NCBI RefSeq assembly: GCF_009914755.1
Contig: NC_060933.1
DNA from: the human T2T-CHM13v2.0 reference genome, Homo sapiens
Length of the DNA: 64,000 nucleotides
Strand: one strand, 5' to 3'
Under the pieces are notes generated by a model. That model saw only the letters and a list, made by a program, of their open reading frames with translations. It had not been told where the DNA came from and did not search any database. Below are positions 31,465-43,251 of this stretch, piece by piece. Each line of letters opens with the position of its first letter. Positions within the stretch are counted from its first letter, which is position 1. The position numbers and the translations under genes are program-made.

Positions 31465-31726
31465 AGCACTTTGGGAGGCTGAGGCAAGTGGATCAGTTGA
31501 GCTCAGGAGTTCCAGACCAGCCTGGCCAATATGGTGCAACCCCATCTCTACCAAAAACACAAAAAATTAGCTGGGCATGGTGGTGCGCACCTGTAATCTC
31601 AGCTATTTCGGAGGCTGAAAGAGGAGAATCACTTGAACCCAGGTGGTGGAGGTTGCAGTGAGCTCAGATTGCGGTCACTGCACTTCAGCCTGGGTGACAG
31701 AGTGAGATTCCACCTCAAAAAAAAAA
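31465..31726 (+). mobile_element. Slightly 5'-truncated Alu
   Basis: Starts at 'agcactttgggagg'; TSD agaaacatagtaatcat / agaaacataataatcat. Confidence 0.92.
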
Positions 31727-33184
31727 GAAACATAATAATCATTACATATTTGTTAAATAGATGTATGAATAGATCTATGAATGCATGGATAAATGAATGT
31801 ATATACCAACAAAATTGTTAAAGACTTTAAATATTGCTAAATTAATAAGTATATATAAACACATATAACATCTTTGTAAACACGTATCTAAAAATACATG
31901 TTCCATTCATTTAAATTTTATTTTATTCCAAAAGAGTATTGAATACATAGCATGATATTCATAATATTATATGGCATAAATATTCAGGTATATTTTAACA
32001 TTAAATACTTCATATTTTAATAACCTAGCTAGATCAAGCTTTACACTAACATATTGCGTGACCTTAGACAAGTGGCCCAGCAAACTGTAAGCATTTGAGC
32101 TTGCAAAGCACAGCTTAAAGATAGGAATTGAAAATTAATCTCTGCCATATTTTTGTTGCTGTTATTGTTATTCCTTTTTTGGAGAGGTACATTCCTAATT
32201 TTATTTTAAAAAATAAATAGCCCTATGACTATGATTTTCACCATTTCTCTGATCAATAATTTTGCTCTGAACACAAGCGCATTTATCAGTGTCTATTTTA
32301 AGATATCAATAAATTAATCATTATAATCATTAAAATAAAACATCATCAAGCATTACTAAGTTGAGATTATTCAGAAGAATATCATCTTTTTACTAATATC
32401 CAGTCTCTGTGTATAGTGACCCTGTGGTAAGTCCTTCACCCTTCGTGTCTGCTGCCTTCAGCACTATCGATTTACTGACAATGCCATAATGAGCTTGCCT
32501 CTGATCTTGTGCAGAAATACCAAAAACATTCATGTGAACTTTTTATTGTTCCTACTTTAGAAAGGTGAACAAAAGTCAATGTGAAATAACACATATAAAA
32601 TGTCAGGAATCATACGCCTCAATAAATGTTAAATATTATTGCTATATTTATTTTTAAGCAGAGAAACCAAATATTCAATTTAACTGCATTATTAAAGCCT
32701 CTTTAGATGATTAAATAATAAAACCGTGAAGCTCTCTGGAATATACATAAGACATAAAGAAAAATATAAAAAAGTAATAATTTGCTATAATATCTCGAAA
32801 ATTATAAAACCATCATGTTAGAACTGGAAAGGTCCTCAGCGGCCTCATAGTCAAAACCTCTAATTTTATGATGAAGAAACTGTAGTCCAGGAGATGAAGG
32901 TCACATAGATTGTGGTCATTTATCTTATTTAAGATAGAAGTAGTGGAACAGGTAGCCATAACTCAGCTCTTGACATACCACTATCTTTTCATTTAGTTTG
33001 ACAATATTCTTCCTGGCTTGAAAATTCCAGAGGATACATTAGCCTATTAAGAACAAAAAACAAAAAAACTTTTCTTCAGCTCAGACTTGGACGGTTGAAT
33101 CCAGTTTTATGCCTACAGCAGCATCTAAGCTGACATCTTTGCAGGTAGAGATGGAAGGTCAGAGAAGGAAGAGCTCAAGGTACA

Positions 33185-33270
33185 TTCCTTCTTCCAGTGT
33201 ACCTTGGTTTTGACTTCAAGCTTTTGTGCAGAAGCTTGAAGTCAAAACCAAGGTACATCGGAAGAAGGAA
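33185..33270. repeat. Near-perfect inverted repeat / hairpin
   Basis: ttccttcttcc-agt-gtaccttggttttgacttcaagctt ... aagcttgaagtcaaaaccaaggtac-atc-ggaagaaggaa. Confidence 0.95.
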
Positions 33271-35679
33271 ACAAAATGCAGAATATCTGATTCATAAATG
33301 GGGAAATGGAGAAGAGAGGAAAGGAAAATAAATGATGTTAAGAAGACAAAGACAAAAGCATATGTGTAAGCTTACCTAACGTCTTGTAAGTTGTATTGAG
33401 CTATCGTAAAATAATCATAAGCATTTTAGTCCCAATTTGTTCCCTGGCATCTTAGTTTCACTTTATCCCACAAGGAAATGGAAACACAGAGACAGGTAAA
33501 TTGTCATGGAGGCAGAGATATACATATACACTAAGAAGAGGGAAAAATATTGAAATCTTGGAGAAAACTGTTTAGAGATGAGATAAAGAAAGCATGGAAG
33601 CTTTTGCGGAAACAATTTGGGAAGCAAGATTAGAAAGACATGGGAAGTCACATCACAGAATGGTGGGGATAGTTTACCTCATTTAAAAGACTGAGTAATA
33701 GTCATTTTAGACGCTTGCAACACCATTACTCCAGACTATGAAAATGGATTCAATGACCAAATGAAAACCATTAGTGTTAATTTATCAATACTTACACTAC
33801 GAGTTCAAAAGCAGATATTAACCTGTTCAAGGCATTTGCACGTTGAGCATTTTATATTCAGCCCAGAGTTAAATATTAGCCTTAAAAAGTGCATAAAAGT
33901 GATTATAAGAAATGAATGGCTTTTGAGCTTTTAAGTCAAACACTCCTATGAAATTTGTGATATTTATTTCATGAAAGGTCTAACATATTTTGGAAGTATA
34001 AAATTTTCTGATCAAGTCTTAATAACTCAAAGAAACCAGAAGAAAAAAAATAATGAATCATTGTAGTAGTGTGAACCTGAACTATGAGAAATAAATTAGA
34101 CTTCAAAATGAAGAATTTTAGATGACATTTTTTAAAAAGGAAAAGGGATTGGAAATTTAAAAAGTCCAATGCTGTAATACTAGCCAGAAAGACCTACTGC
34201 ATGTAATAATACAGTCTGTATTCAACATGGAAGAGTGTACTTTGGGAGAGATCGGAAATCTAGTGAACAGTGCAATTAGCTTGGTCATGATTCTGTTTCT
34301 GATCACTATCACTCATTCCATCTATCAGAAAAAATATGCCTTTTTATTTAAAAGAAGTTTAACTTGTTCAATGCTACTACAGAAAGCTTCAGAGACAGAC
34401 TTGGTATGGATTCTGTTTTTACCTTTCCAAACTATAATTAAGTTAGGAAATAAAAATATATATACTGCTTTTTCATGGTGAACATGAAACAATAAAGGCT
34501 CATTGAAAAAGGACAAAACTGTAAATTGTACTTCCAATGAAATTTATTAATTGAAAAATTAGTTATTAAGGTTTTTCTTAGTAACAAAAAAGATTTGTTA
34601 TAATAATTTATGTTAGGATGAAAATGGCTATTTTTGAAATCTATGTATGTCAGGTAATTCTCCTTTATTTATAATTTCCAGTGACGTTCATCTATACCTT
34701 TTCTCTGCTTACTCTTTTTTTTGTCTGTCCCCACTACAAATAACTTGCCTAGTCTCACAAATTTTAATGTTGTTATCCTTAAAAGTGTGGAACCTTATCT
34801 ACTAATTACAGGTTTTTTGGAGTTGTTTTCCTAACACACTAAGCAGGAAGACTTAATGATGAGACTCCTTAATATTATAATTTAGTTTTGGATCAATAGC
34901 TTTACTAAGAGTTGACTGAATTTTTCAGTGCCAAATAATTGGAAATTTTATTAATTTGAAATTTTATATGTTATGAATAAGTGGTTTATGTCAATTTGTA
35001 TTATGTGTATTGTGACATGATAATTGAAGTTTTAGTGGAACTTAATTGTAGCTTATATTATGTTAAAAATATGTAATCACAAAGTAGATTCTAGTTTTCT
35101 AGAACAAATAATTTGTCAAGACTTTTGGAATTTCTCAAAAACTCACATTGATCAGCGATGCCACACTTCATATACTGCGTAATATCATGCATTTCTATTT
35201 TACATATGCTTCCACGTTATATGAAGATTAAAATATTATCCAATTGGAATGCATTTCAGCTCATTTCAGCCAAAGTCCAAACTGTCTAATGTACTGTTTC
35301 ATAGGTTGAGTATTGGTAACGGAAGTTCCATTACCAATCTGTTCCATTTTACATATTTTCTTACATTAAAAAGCTCTGTGACCTAGAAAAGGTTAAAATA
35401 TCTATGCTTCAATTTCCCACATGTAAAACAGAGATTTTAAAACCACATACTTGATAGAATTGTAAAAAAATTAAACAATTTAACAATATTCAATATATAG
35501 AAAAGCACATAGTGCATGGAAAGTACTATGCAAATATTAGCTCTTGAAAATATTAATAGAAAAAATATCATTTCTCTAAAAAGCTAATCCATGCTTTTGT
35601 ACAGAGCTATGATTTGTTGATGTATAGTTTACCCTTATATGAATACTTCATAAAGTATTTATGTTGATGATATTTTGAT

Positions 35680-36015
35680 TTTTTTCCAGATTTTGAATAT
35701 TACAAAAGATGTTATATTCTTGTCAATATCTCTATGCATGTGTGCAAGAATTCTCTCTTGGGTATATAACTAAGGCAGAATTGCTAGGTTATAGTACACA
35801 TATATTCAACTTCTGTAGACAACGTCCAACTGTTTCCAAAGTGGTTGTATCGGTTATACTCCCACCATCAGTACATGAGTGTTCCAGAAGATACTGTCTT
35901 TTAATTTTTAATTTTAGCCATTCTGGTAGTGTTTACTGATAATTGACATTAGTTTAATACGCATTTCACTGTTTACTTATAAGGTTGATCATCTTCTTAT
36001 GTTTGTTGGCCATTT
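35680..36015 (-). mobile_element. Old L1M fragment
   Basis: 'tccaaagtggttgta...actcccaccatcagt...ttttagccattctggt'. Confidence 0.7.
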
Positions 36016-38814
36016 TCTGAAGTAACTGGCATAGGAGTGGGACTATTTTCTTACACTGAAGGGAATGTTCACTAATGACTGAGTAAGTTTCCATCTTTAT
36101 TGGCTCCTGAATGCCATGACTGTGTTTCTCACCTTTTTTCCCCACATGAAACCTAACAGAATTTGCTGATATAGCATTTATATTCAGTTACAGAAAAATA
36201 AAATGTATACCCTGATAGGAATTCAGCAGAACATTAGAAATGATCCCTAGCACACTGTCTAGGGACAATGGCACAAGAGAATTAATTAAACAGAGTTCAC
36301 TACTCAGAAAAAAAAAAAAAAAAAAACATGAAAAAAGTTTTATCCTGCATTTGGTCTTTAGGATTAACATCTTTTTCATGTACATTCTAACAATTTCAAA
36401 TTATTTTATTATCTTAAAAAGTATAAACAGAAAGTAGAGCAGGATTAAGTAAACTATTGCAATACTGAAGCAAGGGGAAAACTAAAATATTAAGACGCCT
36501 TAACCGAGCAAATGCTCAAAAGTCAGTACAGTATAAATGGTGTCTACTGACTTTATAAATTGTTGAGGAATTCTCTTGTCATTGCTCATTAGGCTTTAAC
36601 TGGGTGCACATTAGTCAGGTACCAATCAGTGACTACTCAAATAATCATTAGTTACTGCTAATTGAGTGTATTATAGACTGTCTTTTCAGGTTGATCTAAA
36701 TAAGCAGGCCAACAGCTGTACAACCAGCGGCAAATTCATACTGCTTCATTAAGTGAGGTTCTGAGAGTTTGAAAGATCTTAAAATGGGCTTGTGCAAGAA
36801 ATCTGGCACCAATTTATGAACAACAATTGAAACACCCCAAATCCACTGATACTGAGAATACATTTCCTAGAGATGCTGAAATCTGAGTGTAGATTTAAAT
36901 GAATTTCAGTTTGTTTTAGATCTCTAATAAGGAGAAATATAGTCTTTGTATATATGCATAAGTCTACTGAGGAGAATAATGTTCATAAGAGAAAAAAACA
37001 AGAATGAGCAGGAAGCTTGTTGTTCTCTTGTGTTAAATAGGGTGTTTCACTTCAGGGATGAGTCATTGATATTTAATGTAAAAAGGAGGTCACAGTAAGG
37101 CTACATGTAGCAAAACTCAAAGCTTACTGCCAACCATGGTGACACACAGCACCATCTACTTCTTGAGAAGCCTCTTCTCGCCTAGTTGGATCACAAATCA
37201 TTCCCAGTTCTGTCTACTTTGCATTTTCTCTGACTTTTTAGTATCTTCTCTTTCCTCATAACTTTAGTTTGCCCATGGCTACCCCGACCTTTCTAACCTA
37301 AATCTACTTTAAGGACTTGCAGGTTCACTTCCCAAGGCTAACTCAATTCCAGGGACAGGCCTGGTTTTCTAAGCATGCCTGGCCAGCTATGGGCTGGCTG
37401 CTGCTGACTGAGGTGCCCACCACTGATCCAAGATGGGTAATAGCCAGTGAACAAAGCGCTTGAAAAATCAAAGCACAGCAACGGTAGGACAGGCACTGGT
37501 GAAAATGCATAGTAATTATTGGCAGTTACAGGAATAATAGCATTTCAACTGATATCTAGGCTGCTTTTGGGTCAAATTTTCATTTTTTTCTCCATGTCAA
37601 GTATAAAACAGAAAAAATCTAGAGTTTCATTTTTAGATTCTAATTTGAAACTATATTTTTATAGAAATATTTCTGAAATTCATATCCTAGAAAAGTGCTA
37701 ACTTTGAAAATTACATTATTTGTTCCCTAATTCTGGTCATGGCTTCAACTGTATATGATCTTCATTGTTCAGTTTCCGTCCTAAGCTGTTTTATAATTTT
37801 CTTGGCTATCTATTATATTATTATGCAACTGCACCTTAGAGATAGCTGAATTTGAGTAGTCACTAAAATACATTTTAAATTGATAAAATTGCCATGGAAT
37901 TTTGTAGCATAAAGGTAAAATATAAATTTGGAATCTTTATAATACATATAATTAACTAAATTATGAGCTGAAATTATCGTTGTTGCAAGTTTATAATACC
38001 AACAGCTAACTGAGAGAATTTTTATAAGTTTACAATAGCCATTTTCCCTTTAAAACTGAGTACAATCCAGAAAATTGATTTACAGCATAATAGTATACTA
38101 TTTTTACATATAAATACTGGTTATCTACTCCCAATGTTCATAACAGAACTTAGGTTCTCTTCAAGGTATGATAGTTGTGAAAACCTCTAGACGCCTCTTT
38201 AAAAAAAAAAAGAGATACATAATTATCATATAATTTCCAAAAGGCTGACATATGTCATTGAGAAGCTTGTTTCTAAAAATCAAAAGTATAAATAAAATGG
38301 CATCCACCCATTTAATAAAATGACACACAATCAGTAGAATGCATATTTAAATTATTAGGATGTTATTTCTAAAATTGTTACAGTAAAACCAAAGTCCTAA
38401 AATATTCATATCCAAGAGCAGAAATGTTTAATTTTCAATTAGTTTATAATAATAGAGCCATATGGGTAATCATGAATTAGATTACATACAAATATAAAAG
38501 ATTGTAATTCAAATTATACAAAATTAACACTGACATATAACTTCTATGCACTGAGTCCATTAATATACATACTGAGTTCATTAACAATTTTGTGTCCTAA
38601 GACCTAAGCTCAGTTTCCTCTTCCTTCAAAATAGAAACGGTAAAATTAATTTAAGCATATTTTCTATTGTGCACTCTTCTTTCAAGAATAATAAAAGTCA
38701 TTTGAAGTTCACCTAATAATTAGGGAACACAGATGGTTACAGATTTTAATTTTAAGGATAATCAGAACTTAAACCTACTGTGTTCACTCTTGCTTGCAAT
38801 GATAAATATTTATG

Positions 38815-40700
38815 CATCAAGATTTAAATAAATGGAGAGACATACTACATTCATAGACTGTAAGACTCAACATAGAACCTATCAATTTTCCCCAAATTGA
38901 TTTATAGTTTTAATTAATTTCTACCAAAATTCAAGGAAGGGTTTTTGGACACAAAGACAAGCTTATTTTAAAATTTACTTGGAAAGGCACAAGCTAGCCA
39001 GAATAGCTAAAATATTTTGAAAAAGAAGAATAAAGTATTAATTATTACTCTATCCGATAGTAAGGCCTGCTACTGTATATAGCTATGAGAGTCAAGACAG
39101 TGTGGTATTGGTGGAAATATAGACTTATACATCAATGCAACATAGTAGAAAACTCAGAAGTAGACACCCAAATATGGACAGATGGGTAACCAGAGTTAAG
39201 AAAATGTAGCTCAACCTAGAGCAAATGGACAACCATAATTAAGAAAATGTAACTCAACCTAAACCTCTCACTTCATACAAAAATGGACTCAAAATGTGTC
39301 ATGAACTTAGGTGTCAAACTAAAAGCTATACATGTTTTAGCAAAAACATAGAAGAACATCTTCATAATCCAGGGATAAAAAGTTATTAGACTTAACACTG
39401 AAATCAGGATCAATAAATGAAAACATTGATAAGTAGATCTTATCAAAATTAAAAATGTTTTCTCTGCCAAAGCTCATGTTGAAAGGATGAAAAGTCAAGA
39501 TACAAATTCTGAGAAAATATTCACACACCCTCTATCTGACAAAGAACTGGTGTTAGAATATATAAAGAACTTTAGATACTCAGCAATTTAAAACTTTCCA
39601 TCTAGAAAATGAGGGAAAGACATGAACATATATTTTACCAAAGAGGATACACAAATAGAAAATAAACACATATAGATGCATTCAACTTCATTAGGCATCA
39701 GGGACATGAAAACTAAAATCACAATGAAATATTGCTATATATCTATCAGAATGACTAAAATAAGAAAAAAATGTGACAACACCAAATACTGGCAAGGATA
39801 TGAAGATATTGGATCACTCATGCACTGCTGATGTGAATTTAAAATAATATAGCCACCCTTGTCTACGGCCATACCACCCTGAATGCACCCAATCTCATCT
39901 AAAATAATATAGCCACTCTGGAAACTTCTGAAATTTAACATGCAATTCCCTTGCAACCCCGAAATTGCACTCTTGCACATTTAAACCAGAGAATAACAAC
40001 TGATGTTCACACAAAAACCTGTATATGAATGTTCAAACCAGCTTTATTAATAATATCCCAAAAGTGAATAATCCCATCTGTCCTTCAGTGGGTGAATGGT
40101 TAAACAAACTGTGCTCAATCAATAACATGGACTACTACTCAACAATTAAAAATGAATAAAATACAAGAAACACAATTTTTTTCATTAAAAATGTATTTTC
40201 CTTTGTTGTTTTGCTTGGGAGAAACAAGAATATATTTCTTTTAATCTTATGTAACTTTTACCTTTAAAACGTGTTTTAATTGGCAAAAGAAAAATTGCAT
40301 ATATTTATGATGTACAATGTGCTGTTTTAATATATGTACACATTGTGGGATGACTAAATCAACTTAATTAACATATTTGTTGCCTCACATCCTTATTTTT
40401 CTAATACACACAATTTGGATAAATCTTGAGGGGATTATGCTGAGTGAACAAAGTCAACCCTAAAAAGTTACATAACATATGTTTTTATTACTATAACCAG
40501 TTAAATGACAAAATTATACAAATGGAGAAGAGATTGATTAGTCATTGCCACGGGATGCAATCAGGGTGTCAGGGTAGCAATGGTAGTGGATATGGCTATA
40601 AAAGGCCAACATAAGGGATCCTTGTGAGATATATATATATTCTGTACAGAGAGGCCACATGGATCTCTCTGTATTTATTTTAGAGCACTATGTAAATCTA
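38815..40700 (+). mobile_element. L1MC/MD-type ORF2 3' region plus 3'UTR, with an antisense L1MA 3' piece at about 40275-40400
   Basis: Degenerate ORF2 motifs ('aaatggagagacatact', 'gtcaagacagtgtggtattgg', 'ccttcagtgggtgaatggttaaacaaactgtg'). Confidence 0.8.
39861..39900 (+). pseudogene. 5S rRNA 5' fragment (nt 1-40), tailless retropseudogene
   Basis: gtctacggccataccaccctgaatgcacccaatctcatct versus human 5S GTCTACGGCCATACCACCCTGAACGCGCCCGATCTCGTCT: 4 differences, all CpG transitions. TSD aaaataatatagccac on both sides. Confidence 0.93.
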
Positions 40701-41659
40701 CAATAATCTCAAGAAACAGTTTTTTAAACAAAAACAACAGCAAGAAAAAGTAGACTGAACAGAGACAGTATAAGTAGAAACAATGGAGGATCAATGGAAA
40801 TCCATTATACTATTTCACCTACCACTGCCTATCAAACTCAAAGAGAGCTAGCAATAAAGATGTAGACTGGAAATTTAAGCAAATGTTACAGAAAAAGTGC
40901 TGACATAGGAGTTAAGAAACTTGGATTCTGCTCCATTTCCATTATCTGCTGGGAAGTCTTATGAAAGTAACTTAGAATATCTTCTTCAATATCTTCTACA
41001 AAGCTTGAAGATGATAAGGTCTATGATTAAACTAGATGAACAAATTTTAAGAATCTTATAAAAATCGAAAAAGCTGAGTCAGTCACTAAAGTCTCTATAA
41101 ATTAGAACTTCTGAATCCTGCGAATCTGGGTTCCATGCAATATTTGCACTCTTAATTGAGTTCTAACATGTATGTGTTGAGATTTCTCATTTATTTATTT
41201 AACTTATTTCTGGTTATAGGCATGCATTTCATTATTACTAAGTAGTGCCTGCCTGCCACTTATGAAATCTGATGCTTATGCAAGGGATTGCCAGGTTAAG
41301 TAAACTACATGGTAGTTGTAAGAATGAAAACAAATAATACTATTTTATATTTTTACAGACTGACCTCCCTTGATTACTTCTATAGAAACATAAAACACAG
41401 TTATATGCAGTGACTATCAGAAACAAATCATCTGAAGTAATATATCACATGATGTATATGCAAAGATTGACTGGAAAGAACCTCATTCATCGCAATTTTG
41501 CACAATGCAATGAACAATGCACTGCTACTCATAAATAATGCAAGAAACCTGAGTTCAAGAAACCTGAGTTCTTTTTAACTCATTCACCAGCTATTGCCAC
41601 TGTGTATTTCTTTTGACTGCCAATGAAAGAACAATGATAAAGCGAACAGTTTGCAAACA

Positions 41660-41860
41660 CAGGTTTCCTATGTTTCAATCCTGTATTTCCACTTATTAGG
41701 AGTGGGGACTTTAATAGCTGACTTCAAAGTTCTATGCCTCAGTTTCCCCATGAGTAAAAGTGGAATAAGGTTACCTACCTCATGGGATTTTTTCTGAGAA
41801 TTAAATTTGACAATACTGCTAAAATAATTATAACATGGATGGCACAATGTGAGTGTTATG
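41660..41860 (+). mobile_element. MIR
   Basis: 'tgcctcagtttccccatgagtaaaagtggaataag...cctacctcatgggatt'. Confidence 0.7.
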
Positions 41861-42361
41861 TAAGTATATAATAATTAAAATAAATGAATGGAGCAAATAG
41901 AAGTTGGAAGGGTAGGCATATGGTACAGGCATAAACTCCAGAAAAATGACTCCTCCTTTGTTCTAATTAATTATTTTATGATTTTGTATACTCTGACATA
42001 TTCATTAGTCTATAGCAATAACCACAGCTCCACTAAAGAAATACTCTGCTTAAGCAACATAAATAAAGGAGATAACACCTTTCAAGATTTCTGGTTAAAA
42101 TAAGGCATATGACTCTCATACATTGCTAGTGAGAATGTAAACAGGTATAATTACTTGTAGGAGAATTTTACAATATCTCACAAAACAATACATGCATTTA
42201 CCCTGTGACCCTGAAATTCTACTTCTGGGAATTTATTGTAAAGGGATATTCTCAAAAATATATTTGAATGAGGTTAGTCTTTACTTTGTTGTTTGTAACT
42301 GAAACATATTCAAGTAACCTAAATTTTTAAATATAGTAGAGTGATTAAATAAAATAAAATA

Positions 42362-42974
42362 TAGAAGTCCCTCCACATTTAAGAGGGATATGATATCCCA
42401 AGACCCCCAGTGGACACTTGAAGCTGCAGATGGTACTGGAGCCTACGTACACTGCTTTTTTCTTATACATACACCCTTAAGATAAAGTTTACTTTATAAG
42501 TTAGGCACAGTAAGAGATTAATAACAATAATAATAAAATGGAACAAGTATAACAACATACTCTAGTACAAGTATATTAAAAAGTTTTGTAAATATTTCTC
42601 TCTCTCTTTCTTGTAAAATATCTTATTGTACTATATTCATCCTTCTTCTTGTGATGATGTCAGATGATAAAATGCCTACCTGATGAGATTTTTACAACAG
42701 TTGATTGGATAACCAAGATGGCAACTAAGTGATTGACAGGCAGGTAGTATGTATAGCTTGAATACACTGGACAAAGAGATGATTCATGATTCACATTCCA
42801 GCTGGATGAAGTAACATGGTAAGTGATTTCATCATGGCTACTCAGAAAAGCAGGCAATTTACAAGTTATAAATTGTTTATCTCTGGAATGTTCCGTTTAC
42901 TATTTTCAGACCGCAATTGGCCACAGGTAATTGAAACTGCAGAAAGAGAAATGGTGGACAAAAGGGGACTACTG
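42362..42974 (-). mobile_element. MER44 (Tigger7-derived), inserted in old L1M sequence
   Basis: Ends 'agaagtccctcc' and 'aggggactactg' + TA; internal 'ttaggcacagtaagagattaataacaata'. Confidence 0.8.
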
Positions 42975-43251
42975 TACTTTCATACAATGAAGTACTATGG
43001 AGCTGCAAAAAGGGAATAAAGAAGATCTCTATGAATTTATATGGAATATATTCCATCATATATTGATGAGCAAAAAAATAATTAAAAGCACAAAATATTT
43101 TCTATAGTGTGCTACCTTTTGTATGCAATACAAAGAGACATAAAAGAATAAAAAACATATGACCATTTCAATAGATGCTGAAAAAGGATTTGATAAGATC
43201 CAACATCCCTTCATGATTAAAAAAAAAAAAACCCTCGAAAACTGGGGATAG

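Noticed and set aside
33376-33470. Minus-strand exon upstream of a TAG|gtaagc donor, as a coding exon
   Set aside because: Stops in all three frames within about 60 nt unless a very short exon is assumed; it could only be non-coding.
39861-39900. Functional 5S rRNA gene
   Set aside because: Only 40 of about 120 nt are present, the internal Pol III promoter is absent, and CpGs have decayed.
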